A DNA stretch of 25,197 nt, from positions 1-25,197 of the IMG/VR virus record IMGVR_UViG_3300044262_000109; one strand, 5' to 3'. The stretch is from a virus (taxonomy: Duplodnaviria > Caudoviricetes). The position numbers were made by a program, and so were the translations under genes. Below the pieces are notes generated by a model. It was given only the letters and a program-made list of their open reading frames with translations, made no database searches and had not been told where the DNA came from. Below are positions 7,468 through 16,894 of this stretch, piece after piece (positions within the stretch are counted from its first letter, which is position 1; every line of letters begins with the position of its first letter).

Positions 7468-10449
7468 TCAGGCGTGCAACCGGCCGATGCGGACCAGCTC
7501 GTCATAGAGCCGGTAGGCCAGCTCGCGGGCCACCGCGTCGGTCATGCGGGAGGGGTCGCCGATGCCGCCCTCCACCACCACCGCGCCGGGGGCGATGGTG
7601 ATGGAGACGGCGCCGTAACCGGTCGGGATGGCGGGGGCGGACGGGGCCGGCGCGGGCACCGGTACCGGCGCGGGCAGGATCGGGGCCGGCGTCGGCGCGG
7701 TCACCGGTTGCGGAGTGGTCTGCTGCTGGCGTTGCTTGGCCTCGTCCTCGCGCTGGCGGGCGCTGTCCTCGCGCAGCGTGTTCAGCTGCTCCTGGAGCTT
7801 GATCGACTCCTGCAGATCCCGGATGCCCTGCTGCAGCGCCTTCACCGCCTCCGGGTCGCCCTGGATCTGGCCGCCGATGCCGGTCATCTTGGCCAGCGCG
7901 TCCTGCGCCTCCTTGAGCTTGGCCTGCAGCTCGGCGATACGCTGCTCACCCTGCGCCTGCTCGACGGCCAGGTACTCGCCGCGCATCTCGGCCAGCTGCT
8001 CGCGCAGGTTGGCCACGGTGTCGCCGGCCGACTCGCCGAAGTCCACCATGCGCTGGTGGGCGGCCTCGATGGCCGCCTTCAGGTTGCTCAATGACTGCTT
8101 GTCCAACAGGCTGAAATTCATCGCGCCGGCGATGGCGGAGTCGGCCAGGCTGGCGCTCTCTGACGTGGCCGCCCGCAGGCGCTCGATCAGCCGGTTGGCC
8201 GCCTCCATCTGCTCGCTGTAGCGGCCGATGACGTTGTCCATCGCCTTGTAATAGGCGGCGATGGCCTGGCCCAGCCAGTGGGTCTGCATCGCCCCGCCCA
8301 CCGCGAGCTCGTTGAACTGGCGCATGGCCTCTTCGCTGCCCTTGGTGGCGGCGAAAACGGCATTGCGGGTGTAGTTGATGTGCTGGGCCAGGCCATCGCC
8401 CAGGGCGCGCAGGTGCTGGTGGAACTGGTCGACGCTGTCCTGGAGTCCACCGATGCCGCCGGAGGTGGCGTTGTACAGCTCGCTCTGCTGCTGGGCGGCC
8501 TGGGTCAGCGCGCGGTTGGCCGCGGCGGTCGCCCGGATCACCCGCTCGGACCAGTTGTCGGTGATTTCCCGCAGCCTCAGCACCGCCCGGCCGGCATCGT
8601 CCACGGTGATGATGTAGCCGCGCATGTGCGCCTCGGCCTGGATGGTCGAGTCGGCGACACCACCGTTGGAGGCGATGGCGGCCTCGGCGTACTTGGCCCA
8701 GGCGGCGTTCAGCACCTCGACGCCGGCGCCGCTGTCGCGGATGGTCTCGTAGGCCGCCTTGGCCGCCGTCGCGGCGGCGTCGAGGGATTCCTGGGACTGG
8801 ATGCCGAGGGTGGCATAGGCGTCGGCGAGCGCGCCGGCGCCGGAGGTCAGCTCCTTGCCGCGCACCTCCACCATCTGCATGGCTGCGTCGAGCTGCTCGG
8901 CCGATATGCGGCCCTTCTGGAATGCCTCCTGGATGGCGAACTCGAACGCCTCCAGGCCCTTGATACCGACCTCCTGGATGGCCTCGCCGAAACCCACCAT
9001 CAGCATGTCGGACGACACGCTGGCCTTGGTGACCAGACGGTCGAAGGATTCGACCAGCGCGGCTTCCGCCGTCTTCATCCCGGAGACGAACTCCTCAGGA
9101 TCGATCTGTAGATGCTTGAGGTCGTCGGCGAGTTGCTTGGCGGCGTCTTGCGTCTTCCCGGTCGCGGCCGCCGCCTTCTCTTGCCCATCTGATATGGCCT
9201 GGCCTGCTTGCTCTCCGGCGGCGCCGAGCTTCTCCTGTTCTCGCGCCTGCTCGGCGATGGCCAGGGTGTTGGTGTCCAGGCCCTTGGCGATGCGCAGTAG
9301 CTCTTCCTCAGCCAGATCGGCATGGGCATTGAGCTGCTGTTCCAGGTTGGAGAAGTCGAGGTTGGTAATGGCATCGTAGAGTGAACCAAAGTCGGCTACG
9401 GTCTTGCCGATCTCGATACCGGCCTTTTGCATCAGGAAGATGATCGGCTTGAGGAACTTCTCGATCACGATCGTTCCGGCCTGCGCCGTACCCGCAGTGA
9501 CGGGCACCATCGACTGACCAAGCTGCTCCTTGAATTGACGGGTCGCCTGTTCGGCGCGCGCCACCTCGCCCTGGTAGCCCTCCAGCGCCTTCTTGGCGTT
9601 TCCGACCTGAGCCTCGGTCTCCGCCATGATGCCGTTGTATTCGGCCTGGATCTTCTGGGCCTGGGTCATCTCCTGGGTGGTGATGCCTTGCTGTCTGGCG
9701 TACTCCTCCCACATCTTGGCGACGTTCTTGGTGACGCCGGCGTTGTCGACCAGGACAGAGTTTTCGTTCTTCAGGCCCTCGGTCGCCGAGAGCACCGCCT
9801 CGGAGAGGGACAGATTGGCCTGCCTGTTGAAGGCGGCAGCATCCTTCAGCCGTCCCAGCGTGGCCTCGGCCTCGTCCAGCTGGTAGCCCCTGGACAACAG
9901 GTTTTGCAGGGCCTTAGAGGCATCGGCGACAGAGACCAGGCCATCGGAGGCGATCCGATTGGCCGTATCCATGGCCTCGCCGATGGCGACCCCGGCATGC
10001 TTTGCCACGGCTTCAAGGCCGCGGAACGAGGCCTCAGCCTGGCCGTATGCCTGGACCGAGTCGCGAGCGAATTGCAGGATGGCGCCGGCCGTCACCATCC
10101 CGGCGATCTGGTTCGCGAGGTCGTTTACGCTCAGCGCGCTCCTGGCGGACTGATCGCCAACCTCGCCCGCACCCTGGGCGATTTCGTCGAGGCCAGACAC
10201 CGTCTGCTTGGCCGCGACAGCCGCCTCCTGTTCGCTCATCCCCAGGCCACGGAACGCTGCCTCGAGATCGGCAATGGCCTGCTTCTTCGGCCCAAGCTTG
10301 TCGATCTCGCCGGCGATCCCCTTGGCCATCTCCTCGGCCTGCTCGGCCCCGACACCGATGCCGATCAATGCCTGCGCGAGAGCGGCAACCTTGTCCTGGC
10401 CGGACGTGGTGGCATCGATGCGGAGGGCGGTTCTCAGTTCACCGGTCAT
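7468..10449 (-). CDS. tail tape measure protein (993 aa)
   Basis: Ala/Gln/Glu-rich helical protein with the TMP-type segment LKDAAAFNRQANLS...EGLKNENSVLVDNAGVTKNV and a coiled-coil C-terminal half. Confidence 0.88.
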   Translation of the reverse strand: MTGELRTALRIDATTSGQDKVAALAQALIGIGVGAEQAEEMAKGIAGEIDKLGPKKQAIADLEAAFRGLGMSEQEAAVAAKQTVSGLDEIAQGAGEVGDQSARSALSVNDLANQIAGMVTAGAILQFARDSVQAYGQAEASFRGLEAVAKHAGVAIGEAMDTANRIASDGLVSVADASKALQNLLSRGYQLDEAEATLGRLKDAAAFNRQANLSLSEAVLSATEGLKNENSVLVDNAGVTKNVAKMWEEYARQQGITTQEMTQAQKIQAEYNGIMAETEAQVGNAKKALEGYQGEVARAEQATRQFKEQLGQSMVPVTAGTAQAGTIVIEKFLKPIIFLMQKAGIEIGKTVADFGSLYDAITNLDFSNLEQQLNAHADLAEEELLRIAKGLDTNTLAIAEQAREQEKLGAAGEQAGQAISDGQEKAAAATGKTQDAAKQLADDLKHLQIDPEEFVSGMKTAEAALVESFDRLVTKASVSSDMLMVGFGEAIQEVGIKGLEAFEFAIQEAFQKGRISAEQLDAAMQMVEVRGKELTSGAGALADAYATLGIQSQESLDAAATAAKAAYETIRDSGAGVEVLNAAWAKYAEAAIASNGGVADSTIQAEAHMRGYIITVDDAGRAVLRLREITDNWSERVIRATAAANRALTQAAQQQSELYNATSGGIGGLQDSVDQFHQHLRALGDGLAQHINYTRNAVFAATKGSEEAMRQFNELAVGGAMQTHWLGQAIAAYYKAMDNVIGRYSEQMEAANRLIERLRAATSESASLADSAIAGAMNFSLLDKQSLSNLKAAIEAAHQRMVDFGESAGDTVANLREQLAEMRGEYLAVEQAQGEQRIAELQAKLKEAQDALAKMTGIGGQIQGDPEAVKALQQGIRDLQESIKLQEQLNTLREDSARQREDEAKQRQQQTTPQPVTAPTPAPILPAPVPVPAPAPSAPAIPTGYGAVSITIAPGAVVVEGGIGDPSRMTDAVARELAYRLYDELVRIGRLHA

Positions 10450-10490
10450 GGCCTATCCTTGGGATCGTTCAACCACAACGGGAGGTCGCC

Positions 10491-10682
10491 ATGAGCGACA
10501 TGGAACGCGCAGTCTCGAAGGGCATCGCCGACGAAAAGACGCGGGAGAGCATCGGCGTATTCAAGGTCATCGGGGCGGTGATCCTGGCGATCGTCGTCGG
10601 GTCGATAACCAACGTCACGATAGGCGTTGCGGTCATGCTTGGGCTCATGGTCTGGATCTGGGCCGGATACAGCCGGCGCTGA
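10491..10682 (+). CDS. small two-TM membrane protein (63 aa), antisense moron
   Basis: GGAGG at 10481-10485 before ATG 10491; hydrophobic segments VIGAVILAIVVG and IGVAVMLGLMVWIW. Confidence 0.7.
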   Translation: MSDMERAVSKGIADEKTRESIGVFKVIGAVILAIVVGSITNVTIGVAVMLGLMVWIWAGYSRR

Positions 10683-10694
10683 CAAGGCCGGACC

Positions 10695-10868
10695 GTGGCC
10701 TTCGCCACCCTGCTGCTCATGATCGCCAGCTTCGTGCTGGGCGTGGCCGTGAACGGCGCCTGGCTGTACCTGTCGGTGGCGTGTTTCGCCTGGCTGATCG
10801 TCATGGCGGCCGTGTGGGTGTGGGCCATGGCCACGGGCAGGACGGGGTTCTTCAATCGCAGGCTGTAG
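10695..10868 (+). CDS. small two-TM membrane protein (57 aa, MAFATLLLMIASFVLGVAVNGAWLYLSVACFAWLIVMAAVWVWAMATGRTGFFNRRL), in the same frame as 10491..10682
   Basis: Read by hand: GTG 10695 to TAG 10868; very hydrophobic; not in the ORF track. Confidence 0.55.
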   Translation: MAFATLLLMIASFVLGVAVNGAWLYLSVACFAWLIVMAAVWVWAMATGRTGFFNRRL

Positions 10869-10901
10869 GTCGTCATGGGGCTCGTCTCTATGCGAGCCCC
10901 G

Positions 10902-10948
10902 ACCTTACGCGCGCGCGGCGCGCCGGGGGATGCTGACCGAGGTCAGTG
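10902..10948 (-). promoter_or_regulatory. putative activator-dependent late promoter for the tape measure/tail-tip operon
   Basis: CTGACC-ga-GGTCAG dyad at 10933-10946 and -10 TAAGGT (10907..10902), with the same spacing as the copy upstream of gene I. Confidence 0.7.
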
Positions 10949-10971
10949 GGTGGCGTTATCCGCCGGGCGGA

Positions 10972-11256
10972 CTACCGGTCGAGCATGCGCTGGCAGTGAC
11001 CGGGGTCGGCCAGGTCAAGCAACCGGCAGGACCAGCGCCCCCACCACTTGCCATCCCGGCGCGCCCGCGCGCAGCGGGTGGAGAGATACTCGCTAGGCGA
11101 GCCGCCCAGGGCGGCGTTGAGGGCCTGGTCGTTGGCCTCGACCACCGCCCATCCGCGCCGGCCGCCGCGCAGGATGGAGACGGGGGCGATCAGGTTGGCG
11201 AGGATGGCCATGGCCAGGCTGCCCAGCCAGAGTGCCAGGCGGGCGAACCGGGTCAC
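10972..11256 (-). CDS. small phage protein (94 aa) with an N-terminal hydrophobic segment
   Basis: GTGA coupling at 11253-11256. DQALNAALGG.P.EYLSTR...CRLLD..DPGHC is a motif often seen after tail-fibre genes. Confidence 0.7.
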   Translation of the reverse strand: MTRFARLALWLGSLAMAILANLIAPVSILRGGRRGWAVVEANDQALNAALGGSPSEYLSTRCARARRDGKWWGRWSCRLLDLADPGHCQRMLDR

Positions 11257-11816
11257 AGCGGCCACCCCGTCTCGATGCCGATGTGGACGACCTCCAGTGA
11301 CTGCAGGTCGGTCGCGGCCGTGGCTGCATCCTGGATGGCGCCGCAGCGGCCGGCGATCGCCGCCTCCAGGGCGGAGAGGCTGGCCGCCTTGGCCAGAACC
11401 TTGTCGACCAGGGCGGCCAGGCCGACCCCGCGGCCCGCGGCCTCCATGGCCAGGTTGGGCGCAGCGGCGGCGCCCATGGCCTGGTAGGCCAGTGCCTCCT
11501 CGCGCTTGATCGGCCAACTCGCCATCTCTGCAGGTGATACCTGGGCGGTGACCGCGTCGCGCAACCGCATGGCGATGGCATCGGCGGCCGAGACGATCAG
11601 CGCCCGGTACTCGGCCACCGTGAGTACTTGCCGGGTGTAGGTCGGCCGCACGACGGCGCCATCGAGGGCGTATCCGGTGTGGACCAGGCGCTCGTAGCCG
11701 GCGCAGATGGGTTGGCTCCAGTCGATGGGATACCAGCCGTCCGACTCGTCCGGGTTGGCGCCGGCAAATCCATCCACCTGGCCGAGAGCGTCGACGTGCG
11801 CGTAGTTCATGGTCAT
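11253..11816 (-). CDS. putative tail fibre assembly/chaperone-like protein (187 aa)
   Basis: Directly follows the fibre gene; EMASWPIKREEALAY...EAAGRG...LVDKVLAKA motif. Confidence 0.65.
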   Translation of the reverse strand: MTMNYAHVDALGQVDGFAGANPDESDGWYPIDWSQPICAGYERLVHTGYALDGAVVRPTYTRQVLTVAEYRALIVSAADAIAMRLRDAVTAQVSPAEMASWPIKREEALAYQAMGAAAAPNLAMEAAGRGVGLAALVDKVLAKAASLSALEAAIAGRCGAIQDAATAATDLQSLEVVHIGIETGWPL

Positions 11817-13216
11817 TCCACCCGATACCAGGTTGCCGTCGAGGAGACGTAGTGCCAGGTGGCGTGGCCATCCGCCGCAATGGTCGTCAGCGCGCCCCGC
11901 AGGGTCTGGCCGGTGTTCGGGTTGTGCGTCACAGCCGTCACCTGCTGGGTGCTGGCCAGCGTGACGCGCTGGCCGTCATAGGGGTTCGCCGGCATGGTGA
12001 TGGTCCCGGTCGCCAGCGTGCCGGCCGGGGTCAGGATCTGGGTGAGGATGCCGTCCGCGAGGGTGAGGGCAAACCCTGTCGTAGGCGTCGTGGCGGCGTG
12101 AGTGGTCGTGTAGTAGAGCCCCCCGGGCGCAATGGTGCCGGGCGTGTCGCCGGGTAGTTTGTTGGCGTTGTTGTTCGCCCCTTCGACGATGCCGCCCAGG
12201 CCGATGTCAAAACGCTTTCCGGTGGCCGATCCGCTGAACGTGGCGGCCGGCATGTACAGCATGCCGCCATCCGCTATGGCGGCGAAGGCGGTGTGGGACG
12301 GTGCGCCAGATACCGTGCAGGCGCTCAACAGATGCACCTTGGAGCCGGGGAAGATGGCGCGCAAGAAATGGCTGCACCCGCCCGAATAAGTGTAGGCGCC
12401 ATCGCCACGGATGGTGCCAGAGATGGCGTCCAGGTGAATTCGCCCCGCACCGGTGCCGCTCAAGGCACCGAACTCCATATTGCTGAACGAGATGAAGGAC
12501 GGTTGGTCGGTGGCGCGGATCGACTGGGCGTTGGCGACGTTCGATTCGGTCTTGAATCCGTTCAGGTACACCGGCGTCGCGCAGGACGTGGCGGAGAACG
12601 CCCGCGTGGTGAAATCCTTGAGGAAGCAGGACGATGGACTGGCCGGATTGCCCAGGAAGGTCAACGACGTGAACCCGACCAGGGTCGTGACGTCGCAGTT
12701 GTCGCCGGTGTAGGTGCCGTCCGCCACGTCGATGGTCGCTGCGAACCCGGCCCCGTCCATGGTCTTGAGTCGGTCGACCGCCCGCTGGCGAGTCGCATAG
12801 GGGTTGCCGGCGCTGCCGTCGCCGGTGGTATCGCTGCCGGTTGTAGCGACATACAGCGTCACATCCGCGGCCGCCGTTTCGCGCAGGCCCAGGCCGGCCA
12901 CCGCCTGGGCCGATGCCGTATAGCCAGCCCAGGTGCGCGCCCACGGCGTGAGCGCATAGCTTGCTGCCGCACCGCTGCCCGTGTAGTACGGGGCTGTATC
13001 GGCTGCGCCGACCACGCCGGAGATCGCCCGCCCGCCCGCCGTGTGCGTGTACAGCGCCCAGGACGTACCGTTGTAGTACAAGGCCGTACCCGATAGCGGC
13101 GAGAGCCCGGCGATCTGCTCCACGTTGACCGGCAGGCCGGCGGCCGGGACGCGGTCCCCGGCCGGCAGCTCGCGCCGCCGACCGCCGACCAGGACCAGTG
13201 GGCGACGGTCGGCCAT
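11813..13216 (-). CDS. tail fibre/tailspike-like protein (467 aa)
   Basis: MADRRPLV N-terminus. TLYVATTGSDTTGDGSAGNPYAT is typical of the start of a right-handed beta-helix domain. G/T/A/S-rich. Confidence 0.7.
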   Translation of the reverse strand: MADRRPLVLVGGRRRELPAGDRVPAAGLPVNVEQIAGLSPLSGTALYYNGTSWALYTHTAGGRAISGVVGAADTAPYYTGSGAAASYALTPWARTWAGYTASAQAVAGLGLRETAAADVTLYVATTGSDTTGDGSAGNPYATRQRAVDRLKTMDGAGFAATIDVADGTYTGDNCDVTTLVGFTSLTFLGNPASPSSCFLKDFTTRAFSATSCATPVYLNGFKTESNVANAQSIRATDQPSFISFSNMEFGALSGTGAGRIHLDAISGTIRGDGAYTYSGGCSHFLRAIFPGSKVHLLSACTVSGAPSHTAFAAIADGGMLYMPAATFSGSATGKRFDIGLGGIVEGANNNANKLPGDTPGTIAPGGLYYTTTHAATTPTTGFALTLADGILTQILTPAGTLATGTITMPANPYDGQRVTLASTQQVTAVTHNPNTGQTLRGALTTIAADGHATWHYVSSTATWYRVE

Positions 13217-13737
13217 CAGGCCAGGGTGATCGGGTCAGACGGCTCGAACGACAGCTCGGTCGCGCTGGTCGCCGTGCCGACGTACTGGATCACGTTGCCG
13301 GATGCGGCCGGCAGCGAGGCGGCGTCGACCAGTGCACCTGGCGTCGCGGCCGATAGATAGTAGCGAGCGCCCGGCGTCAGGCCGGACAGTCCGGTGATGC
13401 TGCCCTCGAAGTACACCGTGGCGTCGGCGCCACTGGATACGCCGGAGAGGACAAATCCGGTCGCCTCCTTGCCCTCGGCTGTCGCGTCCGCCTTGCGTGC
13501 CTTGGCCGTGCCGGCGTCGTACCAGACGTTGACGACGTTGCCGGCGGAGAGGGCCTCGGAGGCGGGCAGCACCTTGGTGTCCGCGCCGATGCCGACCGGC
13601 ATCATGGAGTTGTCGAGGCGGCCCGTATCGTCCAGGGCCGGGATATCGCCGGCATTGGCGGCGCCGGCCGAGGACTGGACGCCCATGATCTGGGTGATGC
13701 GGCCCGCTACGACGCGGAGGAAGGATTTGGCGGCCAT
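13216..13737 (-). CDS. virion structural protein (173 aa), fibre-associated
   Basis: ASEALSAGNVV...GLSGLTPGARYYLS motif; coupled to the fibre gene; SD GGAG. Confidence 0.7.
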   Translation of the reverse strand: MAAKSFLRVVAGRITQIMGVQSSAGAANAGDIPALDDTGRLDNSMMPVGIGADTKVLPASEALSAGNVVNVWYDAGTAKARKADATAEGKEATGFVLSGVSSGADATVYFEGSITGLSGLTPGARYYLSAATPGALVDAASLPAASGNVIQYVGTATSATELSFEPSDPITLA

Positions 13738-13750
13738 GGTGGGCTCCTAT

Positions 13751-14236
13751 CTATCGAACGATGGGGGAACGGACGTCGACGAGCACCCGGGTCGCCGCGA
13801 TGGCGACGCCGATCTGCATGAGGGTGCCGGACGCGGGCGGGGTCTGGGTCAGCGTGCCGGCGGGGCCGACGTATATCGGCCCGGGTGACCAGGACCAGGA
13901 TGGCTCGACCATGTCGCCGCCGGTCTGAAGGGTGACAGTTGCGCCCAGGTCGGCCGCCCCGGTGGTGATGCCGATGGCGTCGGCGCGGTCCGGGTCGTCG
14001 GGGTCGGCGTAGACGGCGCCGGCTGCCGATGCGCAGGCGGCACGGTGGCCCCCCAGCGTCTCGGCCGCGGTCATGATGATGGGCTGGTCGGCGGCGTCGG
14101 CACCGGCCGGACCGGCCGGGCCTTGCTCGGCCACCTCAACCACATCGGCCTGGTCGTCGTGGATCTCCACCACCTCGCCGGTGATGTCGACCTCGACCAC
14201 CTCGGTGACAACGACCTCGACGACATCCTGGGTCAT
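13751..14236 (-). CDS. virion structural protein (161 aa) with a short collagen-like GPAGPAG
   Basis: ATG 14236 overlaps the stop of 14233..14577; ETLGGHRA...EPSWSW.PGPIYVG motif. Confidence 0.7.
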   Translation of the reverse strand: MTQDVVEVVVTEVVEVDITGEVVEIHDDQADVVEVAEQGPAGPAGADAADQPIIMTAAETLGGHRAACASAAGAVYADPDDPDRADAIGITTGAADLGATVTLQTGGDMVEPSWSWSPGPIYVGPAGTLTQTPPASGTLMQIGVAIAATRVLVDVRSPIVR

Positions 14237-14577
14237 ACGATGCTCCAAGTGCCGCGCAGCCAGGGCCGCGTCCGGCCGGACTCGACCAGGTCCAGGCGCA
14301 GGGCGTACTGGCCCGGCGCCATGGCGGCGTAGGCGGCATGTTGCTGATCGATGCGGACCTCGCCGGTGGCATCGAGCGCCTCGATGCCGCCCGCCGTGGT
14401 GGAGAGCGTGCACAGCACGGCGCCGCTGGCGCGGTCGAGCAGCGCCAGGGTGGCGTCCATACCCGTCATGTCGATCACCGGGCCGGTGCGGCTGGTGCGC
14501 CGACGCAGGACGAACACCCGTTCGTCGCCGTGCGATACGGCGATGGCGACCTGGGCGGCGGTGCGGTTGATGGCCAT
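14233..14577 (-). CDS. small Ig-like virion protein (114 aa)
   Basis: IDMTGMDATL...LSTTAGGI...YALRL pattern typical of fibre-attachment Ig-like proteins; coupled to the next gene. Confidence 0.6.
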   Translation of the reverse strand: MAINRTAAQVAIAVSHGDERVFVLRRRTSRTGPVIDMTGMDATLALLDRASGAVLCTLSTTAGGIEALDATGEVRIDQQHAAYAAMAPGQYALRLDLVESGRTRPWLRGTWSIV

Positions 14578-14613
14578 GGTGTCGGATGGGCGCGGCTGGG
14601 CCGCGCCTGTCTA

Positions 14614-15396
14614 TCAGACCGGCAGGGCGTCGACCTTGAAGAACGGGCCCCAGGCGCTGTCGGCGCTGAGTGCGTCGGCGTAGAGGATTTCGCCTTCCAG
14701 GGTCAGGGTGACCTCGTCCTGGGACAGCCAGTTGAAATCCTTGGTGGGGTCGAAGTCGATCAGCGGCACGATCACCCGCACCGGCGCGTTGCCCTCGGCC
14801 ACGTTGACGCCGTCGAACACGATGCCCTTGCGGGTGGCGGCGCCGGTGAACGCCGTGACGCGGCCGTGGGCGGCGTAGGCGTAGTCGGCCTTGAACGGCT
14901 GGGTATAGGCGCCCAGGTCGAGGATCTGGATGCGGCCATGAGCCGCGCTGTCCACCTTGTAGTCGGTGTCGGCCACCAGGGTGGCCGGGGTGCCGGCGCT
15001 GTCCTTCACCACGACAGAGGAGACGCCCGGGTACTTGGTGTGGACATAGTTGCCCACCGCCACGGTGGGGAAGGTTTCGCCGGTGACGGTGCTGCCGGCC
15101 ACAGAGGCGCTGGTGCCGTACAGGCCGATGGCCAGCTCGTCGCGGCTGAACTGCACCATCTCCAGGGTGACCATGGCCTCCTGGCGCTTGGTCCAGGTCT
15201 TCAGGGTCAGGGCTTGGCCGGAACAGGACTCGGGGATCTTGCCCTTCTCCCGGGTCATGGAGATCTTCAGCGTGCGGTTGCCGCAGCCGATGCGCTTGAG
15301 GTTGGTCAGGTAACCCTGGGCGGCCTGGCCGTTGGTGGCGTCGTAGTCGCCCATGAATATCGGGCCTTGACCGGTGAAGACGAGTTGTTCAGCCAT
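14614..15396 (-). CDS. major tail (tube) protein (260 aa)
   Basis: Position after gp37-like gene; FTGQGPIF...IGCGN, an internal Ig-like insert and a TLEGEIL C-terminus; SD GAGGA. Confidence 0.75.
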   Translation of the reverse strand: MAEQLVFTGQGPIFMGDYDATNGQAAQGYLTNLKRIGCGNRTLKISMTREKGKIPESCSGQALTLKTWTKRQEAMVTLEMVQFSRDELAIGLYGTSASVAGSTVTGETFPTVAVGNYVHTKYPGVSSVVVKDSAGTPATLVADTDYKVDSAAHGRIQILDLGAYTQPFKADYAYAAHGRVTAFTGAATRKGIVFDGVNVAEGNAPVRVIVPLIDFDPTKDFNWLSQDEVTLTLEGEILYADALSADSAWGPFFKVDALPV

Positions 15397-15425
15397 GATG
15401 GTGTCCTCTTAGTAAGTGGGGGCGA

Positions 15426-15593
15426 TCAGGCGGCGGCCGGTTCGGCCTTGCCCTGGGCGATCAGCCAGTCGGCCGAGTCGGCCGGCAGGGTCAGCTTGGC
15501 GCCGGGCTGGTATTCGCGGCCGGCGTGCTCGTGGGGGGCGAGCAGCTTGATGCGCTTCTCGGTGTCGGTGGGCTTGGGGTCGGTCTTGGCCAT
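15426..15593 (-). CDS. small phage protein (55 aa, MAKTDPKPTDTEKRIKLLAPHEHAGREYQPGAKLTLPADSADWLIAQGKAEPAAA)
   Basis: Read by hand. SD GGAGA; the H.HAG..Y.PG...ADWL motif is common just before tail tube genes. Confidence 0.7.
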   Translation of the reverse strand: MAKTDPKPTDTEKRIKLLAPHEHAGREYQPGAKLTLPADSADWLIAQGKAEPAAA

Positions 15594-15603
15594 GGTGGCT
15601 CTC

Positions 15604-16053
15604 CTAGTTGGCGCCCGGGCAGGGCATGTGGATCTTCTTCAGCCTGGCGGACCAGGCGAGGGGGAAATAGCCCATGCCCGCGTCAAACCCGGGCCGCGGC
15701 GGGGTCACCGGCAGCAGCGGTTTAACGCCGGTCGGCTGCCAGCCGTACAGGGCATTGAACAGGGCATCCAGGATCGGGCCGGCGTCCGCCCGGGCGTCCT
15801 CACCGCTGGCCGTGCTGCGCAGGTTGCGCACCACCACCACGGTGAACCAGCGCTCGGTGATCTCGACGCTGTTGCCGTCCGCGCTGAAGCCGGGCCCGTC
15901 GTAGACGACGTGCACCGCCGGCGCGGGCTGGGAGGCGGCCTTGATGCCGGCCAGGTCGGCGCGGGTCAGAACCTTGAGCCGCGGCACCTGGAGCGCGCTT
16001 TCGATGCGCGCCACCAGCTCCGGCTCCAGGGCGAGCAGGCCGGGTGTGCTCAC
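15604..16053 (-). CDS. Mu gp37-like tail terminator/completion protein (149 aa)
   Basis: PAVHVVYDG...WFTVVVVRN...ALYGWQP; synteny after gp36. Confidence 0.75.
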   Translation of the reverse strand: MSTPGLLALEPELVARIESALQVPRLKVLTRADLAGIKAASQPAPAVHVVYDGPGFSADGNSVEITERWFTVVVVRNLRSTASGEDARADAGPILDALFNALYGWQPTGVKPLLPVTPPRPGFDAGMGYFPLAWSARLKKIHMPCPGAN

Positions 16054-16460
16054 AGGCCGATCCCATGCCGGCGGCGGTCGGTGGTCACCATCTCGACCGT
16101 GTTCTGGCTCGCCGGCTCCGGTGCTGCGCCCAGGTTGAGGCGGCCCTGGCCGACCAGGGTCAGGAACTGGATCGCGTCCTTGTAGCGCAGCCGCACCGGG
16201 TGTTCCTGGGTGAGCTCGGCATCCGGGTACAGGTTGTAGCGGGCGATGTCGCAGGCGTAGCCGACCAGGATGCCGGGCACCGGCGACAGGGGCACCGGGT
16301 AGCGCCCGGCCAGGTAGCCGTCCACCAGGGCGCTGGCATCGGCCAGCTTCTGCTCCAGCACCGCCGCGTCGATGACGCCATCGCCCGTCCGGTCGGTGAG
16401 CTGGATCATCGGCTCCTCGCCGTAGCGGGCGATCATGTCGGCGACGGTGGCGTAGGCCAT
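16050..16460 (-). CDS. Mu gp36-like head-tail adaptor (DUF1320 type, 136 aa)
   Basis: MAYATVADMIARYG...DASALVDGYLAGRYPVPL...CDIARY.L...RYKDAI..L is the gp36 signature; start at ATG 16460. Confidence 0.88.
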   Translation of the reverse strand: MAYATVADMIARYGEEPMIQLTDRTGDGVIDAAVLEQKLADASALVDGYLAGRYPVPLSPVPGILVGYACDIARYNLYPDAELTQEHPVRLRYKDAIQFLTLVGQGRLNLGAAPEPASQNTVEMVTTDRRRHGIGL

Positions 16461-16464
16461 GGCA

Positions 16465-16857
16465 TTACTCGGCGACGATGACCACGGCGAGCATCGGCTC
16501 GGCCAGGATGGCGGCGACCTGGTCATCGCTCAGGTCGGCGGCCGGCACATCGGTCCAGTCGGTGGACCATGCACGGCCGGCGCGGCGGAAGCCGGCGCGC
16601 TTGGACTTGATTTTGTAGCCGGTGGCGACCGGCTCAGCGGCCCGGATCGGATCGAGGCCCTGGCCGTCGATCTGCTCGCCCGGGCCGAATTCGCCCTCCA
16701 CGTCCACCACTTGCCCATCCACCCCGGCCGCGTCATGCGGCCGGGGGTCGACGGTGGCGGCATCGGCTCGGTTTTCGACCGGCATAGCCGCCTTCTCGGC
16801 GTGGGCATCGGGTGCGGCTGCAGGCGCGGCTGCGGCGGTGGTTCTCTTCTTGGCCAT
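16465..16857 (-). CDS. Mu gp35/HI1506-like protein (130 aa)
   Basis: GFRRAGRAWS...LSDDQVAAILAEPMLAV C-terminal motif; located after the capsid gene. Confidence 0.78.
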   Translation of the reverse strand: MAKKRTTAAAAPAAAPDAHAEKAAMPVENRADAATVDPRPHDAAGVDGQVVDVEGEFGPGEQIDGQGLDPIRAAEPVATGYKIKSKRAGFRRAGRAWSTDWTDVPAADLSDDQVAAILAEPMLAVVIVAE

Positions 16858-16894
16858 AGTGGTCTCCTGATTGATCCGGCGGTCTCTGCCAGGG

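Noticed and set aside
10469-10876. - strand 135-aa ORF right after the late promoter, as a possible tail assembly chaperone
   Set aside because: T/M/A/P-rich sequence is what the reverse of the hydrophobic + strand ORFs would give. Not fully excluded.
14589-14607. Hairpin GGCGCGGC-tgg-GCCGCGCC after the tail tube gene, as a terminator
   Set aside because: No U tract on the coding strand; at most an mRNA-stabilising stem.
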